Assembly: GCA_043228905.1 (NCBI GenBank)
Contig: JBHGNT010000003.1
Span: 25,668,001 to 25,732,000, forward strand
Length of the DNA stretch: 64,000 nucleotides
From: Azolla caroliniana
Lineage: Eukaryota > Plantae > Polypodiophyta
Direction of reading: 5' to 3'
Under the pieces are notes generated by a model. The model made no database searches, was not told the origin of the DNA, and saw nothing but the letters and a program-made list of their open reading frames with translations. Each line of letters starts with the position of its first letter. The first letter of the stretch is position 1. Of the stretch, positions 1-12,500 are shown piece after piece. The translations under genes were made by a program, and so were the position numbers.

Positions 1-1064
1 TTTCTTAATACTAATGCAATATCTTTCTTGGCAAAAAAGAAGAAGTCATTGTTTATTGATTACTTGCAATGCACATAATGGTAAAATAAATACCACATTT
101 GGTTTATGTCCCAACCGTTTTGTCTATAATACATGTGTAACATCTAAAATATGCAGTTTGGAATGCTTAAGTTGTTGTCTTAAAAATGAATATGAGGGTA
201 ATGTTCTCTTGTTGGCCTACATATTGCTAAACATCCAATATGTTGAGACATATTTAGCCAAGAAGTACGCCAAGAGTTAAGTACTTGGCCAGGGGCCTGA
301 GTGAAAAACATGGGGGCATTTGAATAAATATGTATAGAAAAATCCTTGAGTATCCCAATGTATGCAAAACACCCTTTAGCTTTGCTGAAATATTTACTAG
401 AATAACTTCATTTTTTGAACCTAGTGGAGCACGGTGCACCCTTAACTTCACCAAAAAAAGTTACCTGAATGAGTAGTCTTTGGTTTGGCCAAACTTAGCA
501 GAACACCCATACGCATTACGAAAATAGTTATCAAAGTACCCCTAAGATTCCCAAACTTATGAGATCATCATTGAGTTTCTCAATCCTCAGAGGTTAGGGA
601 TATTTTGTGAAAAAACAGTACAAAAAGATGTTTGGCAAAATATCTTTTGAGTTCCCAAACTTCTGCCCTTGCGATTTGGCCAAACATTATCAAGAATACT
701 CACGAGTCTCCAAAACTTACAGAAACACCCTCAAGTTACACTCACATTGTTTTTGGTCGAGATATTTGGCAGAGTATCATCATATTTACTAGAATACCCA
801 CCCAGCCTTCAGCTTCTTCATGCAAAGAACACAAAAGGGCATTGACCAACAAAATACACTCGAGTCTCCGGAACATTCCGAAAAACCTTTGAGTTTCACT
901 CACATATTTCTAGTCGAAATATTTACTAGAGTACCCTCATGATACAAAGAAACACAAAAAGGGTATTTTGTGAAATAGCCTAAACCTACACACACAGGGA
1001 GAGGTTTTTATGTATGAGGTATATTCATTCATCTGTTCTTCTTTCTTTGAAAACCCCTGTCATC

Positions 1065-3775
1065 ATGGAAACATCGACAATAAGGACACCTGGAGAGGTA
1101 CTTGGGCGAGCTTCAGAGTATATCGCTGGCCATGGAACCTATGCTTGGAATAACAAAATCTATGCATCTGTCGTGGGCACCGAGAAAATCTCTCATCCTT
1201 CCTCAGCATCGTCCTCTGAAGACAAGGTAAACAAACAAACGCTTCAAATATGGTTTTTCCTTCGATTTTAGATTGCTATTTTTCTTTGGAAGAATTAAAG
1301 AAGAAGTCCCAAGGACCCCTGAGTTTTTCTTGAATGCCCCATCCATATCTCCTGAAGGGAATTAATCAAGGATATAATCGGTTAAATAGCACATAGAACT
1401 GAGATAAAAGGAGAGGAATTACCCCATTTTATAGCCCAAATAGCTCATGTAATTTCCCTATAGGAGGCATTTTGTGGAAATAACATGAACATGTGGGCAT
1501 TGGGGAAATCAGAGAAAATGCAGGGTTCTTTAGGGGGTTTTCCCCATTCTTATCGCTGTCATTATTTTTGAGGAAAACACCATAAATACCCTACTTTTGT
1601 TGAATATTCACCAGAACAACCTTTAAATCTCAAAATTCACCAGAATATACTCCTTTGGATAGAAATTCTTATATAGAAGATTATTCTATTAAGGGGAGCT
1701 CATACATATGGTGGCAGATGGGCTAGTGCTCTAATGCTATATTCATAGAAATTCCTGTGTCAGCTGTCTATTGAGTCATGGGTAAATAACAAATGTTGTA
1801 TCATGGCTAGTATTTGATATCGACTATGTACAATGCATCTTGCTAATCAGATCCTGTACAACGTTCTACAAGTACAGAGGGGTATTTTGGTAATTTTTGG
1901 AATTTTAGAGGCATTCTGTTGAACACCCAAAATGTGAGGGGTATTTTACGGAGTTTTGGACCTTATTTTCATGTTTTTTCTTTTCAACTATTTCTTTCAT
2001 TAATGCAAATGGGTGGATTCCTTTCATAGAAACCTGTTATCGAGGTTATAAGTGAGAAAAAACACGGGGCCATGCCATCTCCAGGTCTTATAGTCACTGC
2101 TAAGGTATTCTAATCTCTGATGTATTTCAAAGCTAATTTTCTTCTTGGTAATGAATTATGATACATGCATATGTATGTACTAGTTATTATTTCCATTCAA
2201 CAGGAATATGTATAGTAATATTCTCCTGAATTGCATAAGCAAATATGATCATTTTCATTTAATAGAATAAGTCTTACACACAGAGTGTAACTTGTAAGCA
2301 TATACATATATACTGACAAGGGTTACCATTTCCATTTATATAAAAACTATATAGTGGTCTTGTTGATAGTACAAGTATGATGACATCATTCACAAAAGTT
2401 CTGTCTTTGCTCTTATTAGGTAGATATGGTTTGCTCATAATGCTGATTAGATTCACTTACTTAACCAATGTATTCACATTATTCCATCTCTTTCCTATGA
2501 TAAAATCCAAGGAAGGCATCAAATTTAGGAAATAAAATTCAAACAAAATTACAAAAACATTGGGTGTGAATATGTTTATGACAACAAAGTGGATTCCTGG
2601 GCAGGTCATGAAAGTTTCTCTACTCCTTAATACAGGTAGGAAAGGTTACTTCCAAAATGGCTCAGGTTGATATAGTTTGTGTAGGTTCGAGATCAGTAAG
2701 AGAAAAATTCTCAGGAATAGTGAGGTATATATATTGACTTATTTGTTCTTATGTGCTATATAGCTTGTTTCTTTTGGGTAGCTGAAAATATTGGAGAGTC
2801 AGGTTTCCTTTTGTAAATACTAAACAAATAAGGAATATATTATATCTGTTTTTTATCAGACAGCAAGATGTTCGTGCAACCGAGATTGATAAAGTCGAAA
2901 TGTATTCTTCTTTTCGTCCAGGAGACATCATCAAAGCACAAGTGGTAAGTTCAAACAACTTTTTTGATAGTTTTCGTTGGAAATCTCCTTCTATTTCATT
3001 TCATTCTTCTGCTTGTTTGCGATATAGACATGGTCTCTATCTGTTTAGTTGTTCACTTCCAATTATTTGGTTCAAAAGGTTTGGAGAAACCAAACTTCTC
3101 TTTGTTTGCCCATATGTGTATTATGATGCTTGGTTGGGAAATTATTCCTCTTCCATTCACATTTCCTTTAGTATCACATATTTTTCTCGTCTGAATTCAC
3201 TATCATATACTGATTATAGTAATTATGAACTTATAATTTTTGTTCTGGTAAAATCTGCCGTTAACCGGCCATTGCTTATGTCTGTTGTACACCATTGTTT
3301 ATGTCTGGTAAAATTTACATTTGGATACCTAAAACAATGAGTAAACATTATATGCTTGTGACTCGTGAGGGTCAGGGTTTTGATTATTTAGTACTTACAA
3401 CTACCATTTAGAGAGATTATTTTCTCTCTGATTTTTATTCCAACCTCTAACTTGAATCAGTACTTTGATGTTTTCATATTAACTTTTGTTTTGGTATTTT
3501 TAAGCTATCATTGGGAGATGCAAGATCTTATATACTGACAACTGCCAAGAATGATCTTGGCGTAGTTTCGGCAACTAGTATATCTGGTGACCTATTATCA
3601 TTAAAGAAAGATTTATATTTTCTATTGACACATGGGTTATAAACATTTTTCATTCTTATCAAACATATATTTTTTCCTCGATGTAGGTGCTAAAATGGTT
3701 CCTGTAAGCTGGCAAGAGATGATGTGTCCAATAACAAACCAAAAAGAGCCACGCAAAGTTGCCAAAGTAGTATAA
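1065..3775 (+). CDS. CSL4: Exosome complex cap subunit CSL4 (S1 RNA-binding), 6 exons: 1065-1226, 2030-2104, 2636-2724, 2860-2944, 3505-3586, 3687-3775
   Basis: Manual GT-AG splicing gives [105 protein letters not shown], matching hallmark CSL4/EXOSC1 motifs. Confidence 0.95.
1305..1545. mobile_element. Degenerate foldback/MITE-like element in CSL4 intron 1
   Basis: Left end CCCAAGGACCCCTGAGTTTTTCTTGAATGCCCC resembles the reverse complement of the right end (CCCTAAAGAACCCTGCATTTTCTCTGATTTCCCCAATGCCC); non-coding interior. Confidence 0.45.
1572..1962. mobile_element. Non-autonomous Mutator-like/MITE element with ~80 bp degenerate terminal inverted repeats, CSL4 intron 1
   Basis: AAAACACCATAAATACCCT..TTCACCAGAA..CAAAATTCACCAGAATATACTC aligns with the reverse complement of 1877-1958 (AAAACTCCGTAAAATACCCCT..TTCAACAGAA..AAAAATTACCAAAATACCCCTC). 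Related ends occur at ~365-405 and 15121-15170. Confidence 0.6.
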
Positions 3776-6461
3776 GTAGGTTTTGCTATTTTTGAGTTGA
3801 TAGTTTGAGAGGTCCTTTTACAAGTTCGAAGGTGCTTTCAAGAGTGCGAATGTATTATTTTAAAGACAATTGTTTGATAGTTTTGAGAGCCCTTTTAAAA
3901 AGTTCAAACGCCCTTCTGGGAATGTGAAGATATTGTTTATAAACGCGTCGACATTCTGTTGTATTTCTTTACACTCGCAATGGCACTTTTGATTCTCGGA
4001 TGAATGCTAGTCTCTTGGAAAATTATGTAGGTCTAATCTGGATTCTGTTTATAAGGAATCATAAAAATCCACCTTTTGTAGAAATAAGAGTGGTATGCTT
4101 ATTTGGGATTGTTTATAGCCATATGTTGATTAGATCTAACATCCTTAGATTAACTCAAATACATGGAAAGCCAAACATGTAATTCTGTCGGCGCCAGTGT
4201 CATGCGTTCTACAGCCACATGTAGATATTAATGCTACAAGAAATGAACTCGACAAACGAATCTGCATTTCTATGTTTGGAGAGTGGGCCTTAAACAAATG
4301 TCATTGTCTGTCTATGTTGCTTAGGATGTATGAACAAAAATGTGCATCATGTTTTGGCTTAACTAATGAATGAAGGATTGGTTAAATATTAATGAATACA
4401 ATATTTTGAAGTCTTCCATTCATTTTTATGAGTTGTTTTCTTGTAATTGTATTATTAAGGTTTGATATAAAAATCTTTTGGATTGACTCATCAGACCAGC
4501 ACTCAAATTCTCTTTTGTTTCGTAAGTTTCATACAACTCACTAGAATTGTTCGAGAGTTGCTCCTGTTTGCTTTTTGTTTTTTGTGAGAGTTTGATATCG
4601 TCCATGGTTAAATCTAATTAGAAGTTGGCACTATTTGTGAAGTACTTCTATTTTTATGCTACCATCTTGGAGCATCTTTGAGAGCTCAATGATAGTCTTC
4701 CCCTAGCTAAATCTTAGCATTCGTTTGGAAATATATTGTAATGAGTGATTTGAAAAGAAATTGACCTCCATTTCCTTGTAGTACTCTTTCTATTAGTAGA
4801 TGCACCCTAATGGTAAAACACTAAAATAAAATGCTTTTACATGCACATATTTTGCACTTTGATCCCCTTCGCTTCATGCTTCAACTACTCTCATGAAGAT
4901 CGTTGATATAATACTACTAAATGTGTTTCTTTTGTTTTTTTAAACCTTTGTAAACTTAGTTATATGCAAATCTATGAATAAATAAGAGCCCCTTGCAATA
5001 ACCTTTGACTGTAGAATCAAGAAGGAGAGCTATGGGGACCAGTGATACTAGTGATTTTCAACGGTGATTGAGTATGAGCACAATAAGGTTGACATCCCCA
5101 AAGAAACATTTAAATGTTGTTGAAAACATACTTATGCGACCCTCCTTTTCTCATAAGAATTGTTGATAAAGTGAAGCTTTTAATAGTTGATTTTGCATGT
5201 TTGTTAATTACTAAGGTATTGTGATAGATCATTGAAATCATGAAATTGCAATAGTGATGAGCAAATTGTATGGGATGAAATTCTATTGCAATAAATCCTC
5301 TAGATCTCTTTGTCGAGAAATCCCAAAACCTTTACAAGAACTCCATCATAATATCTCTTTCGATATTAACTCATGATGACATTTGATTGATACAAGTAGA
5401 TCATCCTTGTGTTCTTCACTTGCATCTTGCATAATGCAAGCGTAGCATGGTTTAGTGCATGATTTATTATCTCCTTCATAAAAAATATTGAGCCTAGTTC
5501 CTAGTACCAATCTAACACACTCAAAGTCGCCTTGCGATGGATCGAGGAAGAGCCAAGTGCCCAACCAACTCAAATAGAGTTGAAGAAGGAGATGCGTGGA
5601 CCCACATTAAAGGGAAATGGGCTACCTAGACATAACAATCGTTCAAAAGGACGTAAAGCATGTATAACCTTTGATGCATCGCCACGCATGTGATTTATTT
5701 TTTGTTTTTACCTTTCCATACCATGCGTATGGGAACTTCTTACTAATTGATAAGATAGAATACTCTATGAAAGACTTCAATTGCCCTTTGAGGATATTCT
5801 AAACATCATCGTCACATTAATAACAACAAACATCATCAACCTCTCCGTCTTTGTCTTTGTCTCTAGCAATCCTTCCTAGTTTGGCCGATGGAAGAGGTAC
5901 TTTGAGGAGCCAATAAGGGATGGAGGGAAGGGGCATTCCACATATGATCACAACCCTAGGCGTGGCTATGGTTTCTAATATTTCTCTAATACCCAACACT
6001 CAATGTCTTTTGTTTTTCCAAAAACTCGAATGTTTTTTTTTTTTTTTTTTTTGCATACATTTGTCAATAGAATTTTCCTTCATTGACTTTGTGTTTATTT
6101 TTCAGCTTGTTTGTAAAATATTTAGGTGTTTTTTGCCAGAATTTCTCAATGTATTTTGTATTTTTATAAATGTTGTAATATATACATTTGACATATTATG
6201 TATGTACATACATATTGTGTAACACATATACTACATAGCTTACTGTTTTTTCTCATTGTGTTATTTTTTTATACTAGCTAGCATTGTAAACGTTAGAGTG
6301 GGAGCTCTCTCTGTCTCTCTCTGTCTCTCTCAAGCGAAGAAACAGGGGAGGGAGGAAGAAACAGGAGAGCTAAAACAAAGCAAAGAAGGCAGACGACAGA
6401 AGAAGGAACAGACTAGAACAGGGAAGCAAGAAGGAGAGAGCTAAACCAGAAGAAATCAGAA

Positions 6462-6462
<1 letters not shown>

Positions 6463-6520
<58 letters not shown>
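6463..6520 (+). repeat. (GA)n microsatellite just upstream of the NUP155 ATG
   Basis: Pure GA run ending ~13 nt before ATG 6534. Confidence 0.95.
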
Positions 6521-6523
<3 letters not shown>

Positions 6524-6533
6524 AACGGGGAAG

Positions 6534-9500
6534 ATGAGTTGGGAAGATGAAACTATCGGACCCGATGTAGCAGCAGCTGGGAGACTGATAACAGAAACAA
6601 TATCGAGAGACCTCGCTACTCCTGACCTCTATGATGCCCTTGAAGCTTCTCGATACTCCAGTACTCCTTACTCTTCGCCGCCTAAAGAGGTTTGTTAGTA
6701 AGAAGCAGAAAACAGACGCACTCTTTATTCGACTATTTCTTACCTAGTCTCAGTTTATTATTGCATTAACATTATGTTTATCCTTTGTAATCAGTATATG
6801 CATTTCTAGAGTCTTTTAAAAATTTCTTTAGGGTTTTGATGTTTTTTCTATTTAGAGGTCTTTTTATGTCTAGTCTCGAATTTTGCGTTGTATATCCTTA
6901 TTGAAGGTTTTGGATTGGAGTTTTTGGGGTGGTCGGTAGTGTATGCATACCATTTATGATTTGAATTATAGGTTTTAAGGTATCATATGTCCTATTTTAC
7001 TGTTTGAATTGATGTTTTTATGCATCATATATTCCAATTAGAGGTTTGATACATGTATTCAAGGGTTTTGAACTTTTTTCCTTTAGGTGTTCTTCATGAA
7101 TAGTCACTAATATGGATCCCATTTCGTGTTTGGAAATTTTAGAGTTTGTATTTTAGGGTATACAGTGTTCTATACCATTTAGGTTCTGGAATGTAGGGTT
7201 TGCACATCATAAACCCCAGTTAGAATAGGTTTGCCATATATGCCTGTTAGGGGTTGAGTTCGAAGATTTCATACTATTTTGCTGTATATGCCGCTTATAG
7301 TTTGTAAGACTTTTGTTGTGACAATTTCATACTATTTTGCAACATAGCCCATTTAAAGTTTTCAAATTCATATTTTTGTTGTTTGACTGTTATTATCTAG
7401 TGATATTAGGTTTTTATGGTTCTAAGGTTTTAGGGGTTTGTCCTTTTTTTAGTTAGCTAATATGTGCAGCATATCCCATTTCAAGTTTGTCCATTAATAC
7501 TTACCTGAACGTTTTTGTGGATTTTGGCTTTTGTATGATCTCACATACTTATTATTATGGTTTTAAGGGTTTGTTGAAGTGGCTGGTAAAACATGTCTGT
7601 TCCTTTTATGATGTTAAATTCTTGTTATTGTGGTTTCCACTTGTGAATCATATTATTTACGACACATTGTGTAAAGTTTGGCTGGTTTTTATTTTTGCTT
7701 TGGAAAATATAACCGAACAAGAGAAACAGACAATTTTAAATTGTTATACCCACATCGTATTGTATCAGAAATGATTCATGATGGGTGTTGTTTTGTAATT
7801 TAAATGTCAGGTTTAAGTTATGAATCTAGATCATTAATTCTGTTTATTGTGTCTCAGTGAAGTATTTATATAGATCCCATAAGCATACATCACCTTGAAA
7901 CTTTAATGGAGGGTCTTATGCTTGAAAGTTACTGAAAGCCACAGAGTTAGCACCCCCCTTGATTGTGGTGCCATTTCCATTCCTAAATGTGGGGTTTTAC
8001 TTTCCAATTGCTGGTTATATGTCCTTATATAGTTTCTTGCAAGGAATATCATTGTGCAATATACATTACTCAAAATTGGTTTAAGATTCTTTGAATAGCA
8101 TATTATCAGCAGTGTTTACACTTGGGAAGATTGTATAATTTCATATTTTTCCTGCTATCATCGGCATGCAGTGGCCATCGATCATTGACGTGGCAAGTAA
8201 CAGAGAACTCCCTCCCGTGCTGATTGAAAGATACAATGCAGCAGGAGGGCAAGGAACTGCATTATGTGGTATTTTCCCAAGCATACGTCGTGCTTGGGCA
8301 ACTGTTGACAACAGCCTATTCCTATGGAGATTTGATAAATGGTGATTTTAAATATATGTGATTGGATGAATTGACATTCTGCAACAATGCAGTTTAACAA
8401 AGAGTTAGATTGTGTCAGGGATGGGCAATGTCCAGAGTACAATGGCGAGGAGCAAGCTCTATGCGCAGTTGGTCTTTCAATGGCCAAACCTGGGATATTT
8501 GTTGAAGCCATTCGCCACGTTTTGATCCTTGCTACACCTGTAGAGGTAAGGTCATGTGCAAGTGAACTAAGTATATAATAATGCAGACTTGATAAGTTGC
8601 TGATGGATGCTGTTGCATAAATATTATTAGCCTTGAGTTTACCTCACATTTATACATGTGACAGATTGTGTTGCTCGGTGTATGCTGCTCTTCAAATGGT
8701 GATGGTTCTGATCCGTATGCTGAGTTATCAATGCAGCCACTACATGAGTACACTGTTCCTTCAGACGGGGTTACAATGACTTGCATACAAAGCACAGATA
8801 AAGGACGCATATTCCTTGCAGGTCGAGATGGTCATATATATGAATTGCTTTATAGTTCAGGATCAGGCTGGAAAAGCCGATGTCGCAAAGTATGTCATAC
8901 TGGTGGTCTTGGCAGCCTTTTGACAAGGTAAGGTGTTTTCAATGTCTTTTCTAATGGGTATTTCCCAGAGTTAGAATGTATATGCCGATATAACTGGGGA
9001 TATGGTCATGGTTGACTGACACATACATGCATGTTTGATGCATTAGGTGGGTTATACCGAATGCTTTCACGTTCAGTACTGTAGACCCAGTGGTGGAGAT
9101 GGTGATTGATGATGAAAGAAACATCCTTTATTCGCGCACTCATGAGTCCAAGATCCAAGTGTTTGATCTTGGGAAAGCGGGAGATAGTGCACCTAAAAAG
9201 GTTGCCGAAGAAAGGAATTTGGGGGAGCATAGGGATGGACGCTCTGGAAGGAGATCTACATCTCGTGCTCACAAGTCTCCAATAGTCTCGATATGTACTA
9301 TATCTCCAGCCGAGTCTAAGAGCTTGCATTTGGTAGCTGTAACATCTGATGGTAGGAGGATGTATTTGTCCACTTCAACTTCTGTTGGTAGCAGAGGACT
9401 TTCTGTTTCAACCAATAATGCTCAAAGGCCAGTGACATTGAAACTTATAATGAGTAGGCCAGCTCCTTCGATTGGAGCTGGGGTTGGGTCTCTCAGTAAC

Positions 9501-12500
9501 ATAACATTTAGCAATGCACCACAACCTGAAAGCCTTGTCTTAAAGATTGAAGCTGGATGTTATTCTAGTGGTTTTCTCCTACTCGCCGATTCGTGTCCTG
9601 CAACCATGTCGAGGCTGTTATTGGCAACACGAGACTTCATTACACTAGCTGGAGGGCTCAATCTTACTGCGTCATCGGGGAGAAACTTCCAGGCATTAAG
9701 GGAAACTCTTTCTGTCTTAACTGTTGATGGAAGAACCCTTACCATCACTGATGTTCTTCCACCAGCAGAGTATACATCCACAGTGGAGGCTGCAGTTTGG
9801 GAGGCATCTGATAGAACTAGTATTGGAGGGGAAATGACTAAAGCGCGGCGGCTTTGGGCTCGCGGAGACCTTTCGATACAACATACTGTACCTAGGAGGC
9901 GATTTGTCGTCTTCACTAATATGGGATTGATGGAGCTTGTCTTTAACAGACCTGTTGACCTGTTACACAAAATCCTTGATAATAGGATGCCCCACTCACT
10001 ACTAGAAGATTTTTTCCAACGGTATGGAGGTGGAGAGGCTGCTGCTATGTGTTTACTTCTTGCAGCTAGATTGATTCCAACGGAAGAGAACTCTGTTTCA
10101 TCTGCTGTTGCTGAGAGGGCAGCTGAGGCATTTGAAGATCCTAGGCTTGTTGGCCTACCTCAGATGCAAGGAAGTGCTGCTACAACAAGTCCAGTTGGCT
10201 CATCTGCTATGGGGTTTAACATGGGCCAAGTTGTACAAGAAGCCATACCAATTTATTCTGGTGCCCATGAAGGCCTTTGCTTGTGTACGGGTCGTTTGTT
10301 ACTGCCTGTGTGGGAACTTCCTGTGATGGTGATGAAGGGTGATTCGAATCCAGATGATAAGGATGGTGGTGTGGCTTCTTGTAGAATATCCATAGATGCA
10401 ATGCAAGCACTGGAAGAAAAATTAAGAGCATTGGAACAATTCCTTAGAGCAAGGCGAAATCAGCGAAGAGGACACTATGGACGGATATTTGGAGTTGGTG
10501 ATGTGCCTGGATTTTTCAGTGGTGGCAGTTTGGAGTCAGTTTCCAAAAACTTGTTTGATGCGCCTAGGGGGCCAATCACGCAAGGACCTACACCTAAGAG
10601 GCAAAGGGTTCCATACAGCCCTGTTGAGTTGTCGGTTATGGAGGTAGATGATTTGTTATATGTTTTGTGTTCGTATTATCTGACATGATTCATAGGGAGT
10701 TTGATTTTTCTTGGTTTCCATTTGTAAACGGGATTCTTGAACTCACCTAAGCCCTTGTCTTTTCAAGGTGAGGAGTATGGAACTTATACGAAGACTCCTT
10801 CGGAGGTCGGGCGAAGCACTTCTACTTCTACAGCTTTTGTCTCAACATCATATAGCAAGATTAGTCCAGGCCTTTGACAGCAGTATGCGTCATAAACTAG
10901 TTCATCTGACTTTCCACCAACTAGTCTGCTCAGAAGATGGTGAAAAAATTGCAACACGGCTTGTGGCAGCATTGATGGAGGTATTGTGGCAGTACACCTT
11001 TACCTAATTTTTTTTTCTGGCTTATGTTTTCAGGAGGTTTTTGTTTTTCTGGCAGTATTATGTAGGGCTAGATGGGCAAGGCGCAGTCGATGACATTAGT
11101 ATAAAATTGAGAGATGGATGCCCAAGCTTTTATCAGGAGGCTGATTACACATTTTACCAAGCTGTGGAGTTTCTCAAGAAGGCGAGAGAGTCAGTTGATG
11201 TGGAACAAAGAGAGAAGTTTGCAAGAGAGGCACTTGTACTTCTTGTCAAAGTTCCTGAATCAGCAGATCTGCTTAGTGTTTGTCAAAGGTTCGAGGAAGT
11301 TAGGTATGGCTAATCTGTCATTACTCAGTGCAAGTAATAGGAGATTTTTCACTGTCATTTTGTGTATGTAAGGTGGATGCTAAGTATATTTTCTGAATTC
11401 AGAGGATTAAAAAATTTGCCACTCAAGAGTTTTGGATGAAAGTTTTACATAGCATTTCCTTATCTTATTTATCTAATTGTTGTGCATACAGGTTTTATGA
11501 AGCAGTGGTTGAATTGCCACTCTGTAAAGCAAAGGTTTTGGATCCAAATGAAGATGCTTTCAATGAGCATATTGATGAGAATAGGCGTGAGATGGCCCTT
11601 TTGGCTCGAAGGCAATGCTATGAGATTGTGGGAAATGCCTTGCGACATCTGAAAGATGCAAGTACTCAATCAAGTGTGCGGTCAGGTTTTGTTTCGGGCC
11701 AGAATCTGGTTTCAGATGCAGCTTTACGGGACAAGTATATAAGGCAGATTATTCAGTTGAGCATGAGGTGTCCTGATCAAGCTTTCCATGAATACCTATA
11801 TCAAACCATGATGGAAGTTGGGCTAGAGTCAGAACTTCTTGAACTGGCTGGCCCAGATTTGGTTCCATTTTTACAAAATGCTGGAAGTAGGCAAATTTCA
11901 AAGGTGATTTATATTCATACATTATTATTCTCAGCGTCGGTTTAAAAGCACTGTTCGCGAGTGTTGGGGCTCTGATGAATTGAAATTTTACATAAACTGG
12001 AGTTGTATACATAGGTTTAACCTACATGGAAGTTCAATGTAAATTGTTTATGGAATATTTATGTCTATATTTGAAACTCTTAAGATTTAAGGCCCTGCTT
12101 GTGTATGTAGATTTTAACATGCGTGAAAGAGTATACGATTCATGGAAATTTAGACATCACTTAATTAATTATTGGATTTGTAATTTCCATCTCATATATG
12201 GAATATTGTATTTCTCCCGTTTGAATACAAAACAATCAAAGGGTCCTGTTTTCTTCCAAAACCAAAGGCTCTTGTTTGAGCATAAAACAATCATGACAAT
12301 TCATATTTCATGTCTCTATTTCATAACAACATGGTGTGTGGAATGCTTACAGACTGGAGTGATTGGGAAAAAACTTGAGATGCCATCTACAGTAACCTCT
12401 GTTCAGCATTCTCGGCAACCGGTATCTGCCGAACAAGCCAAATACCTCGAGCTTTTAGCACGTTATTATGTTCATCACAGGCAACACCTGCTCGCTGCAC

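Noticed and set aside
9560-9970. 136-aa antisense ORF, and similar ones at 22134-22442, 29237-29671 and 44074-44451
   Set aside because: Shadows of real coding exons on the opposite strand with no independent motifs.
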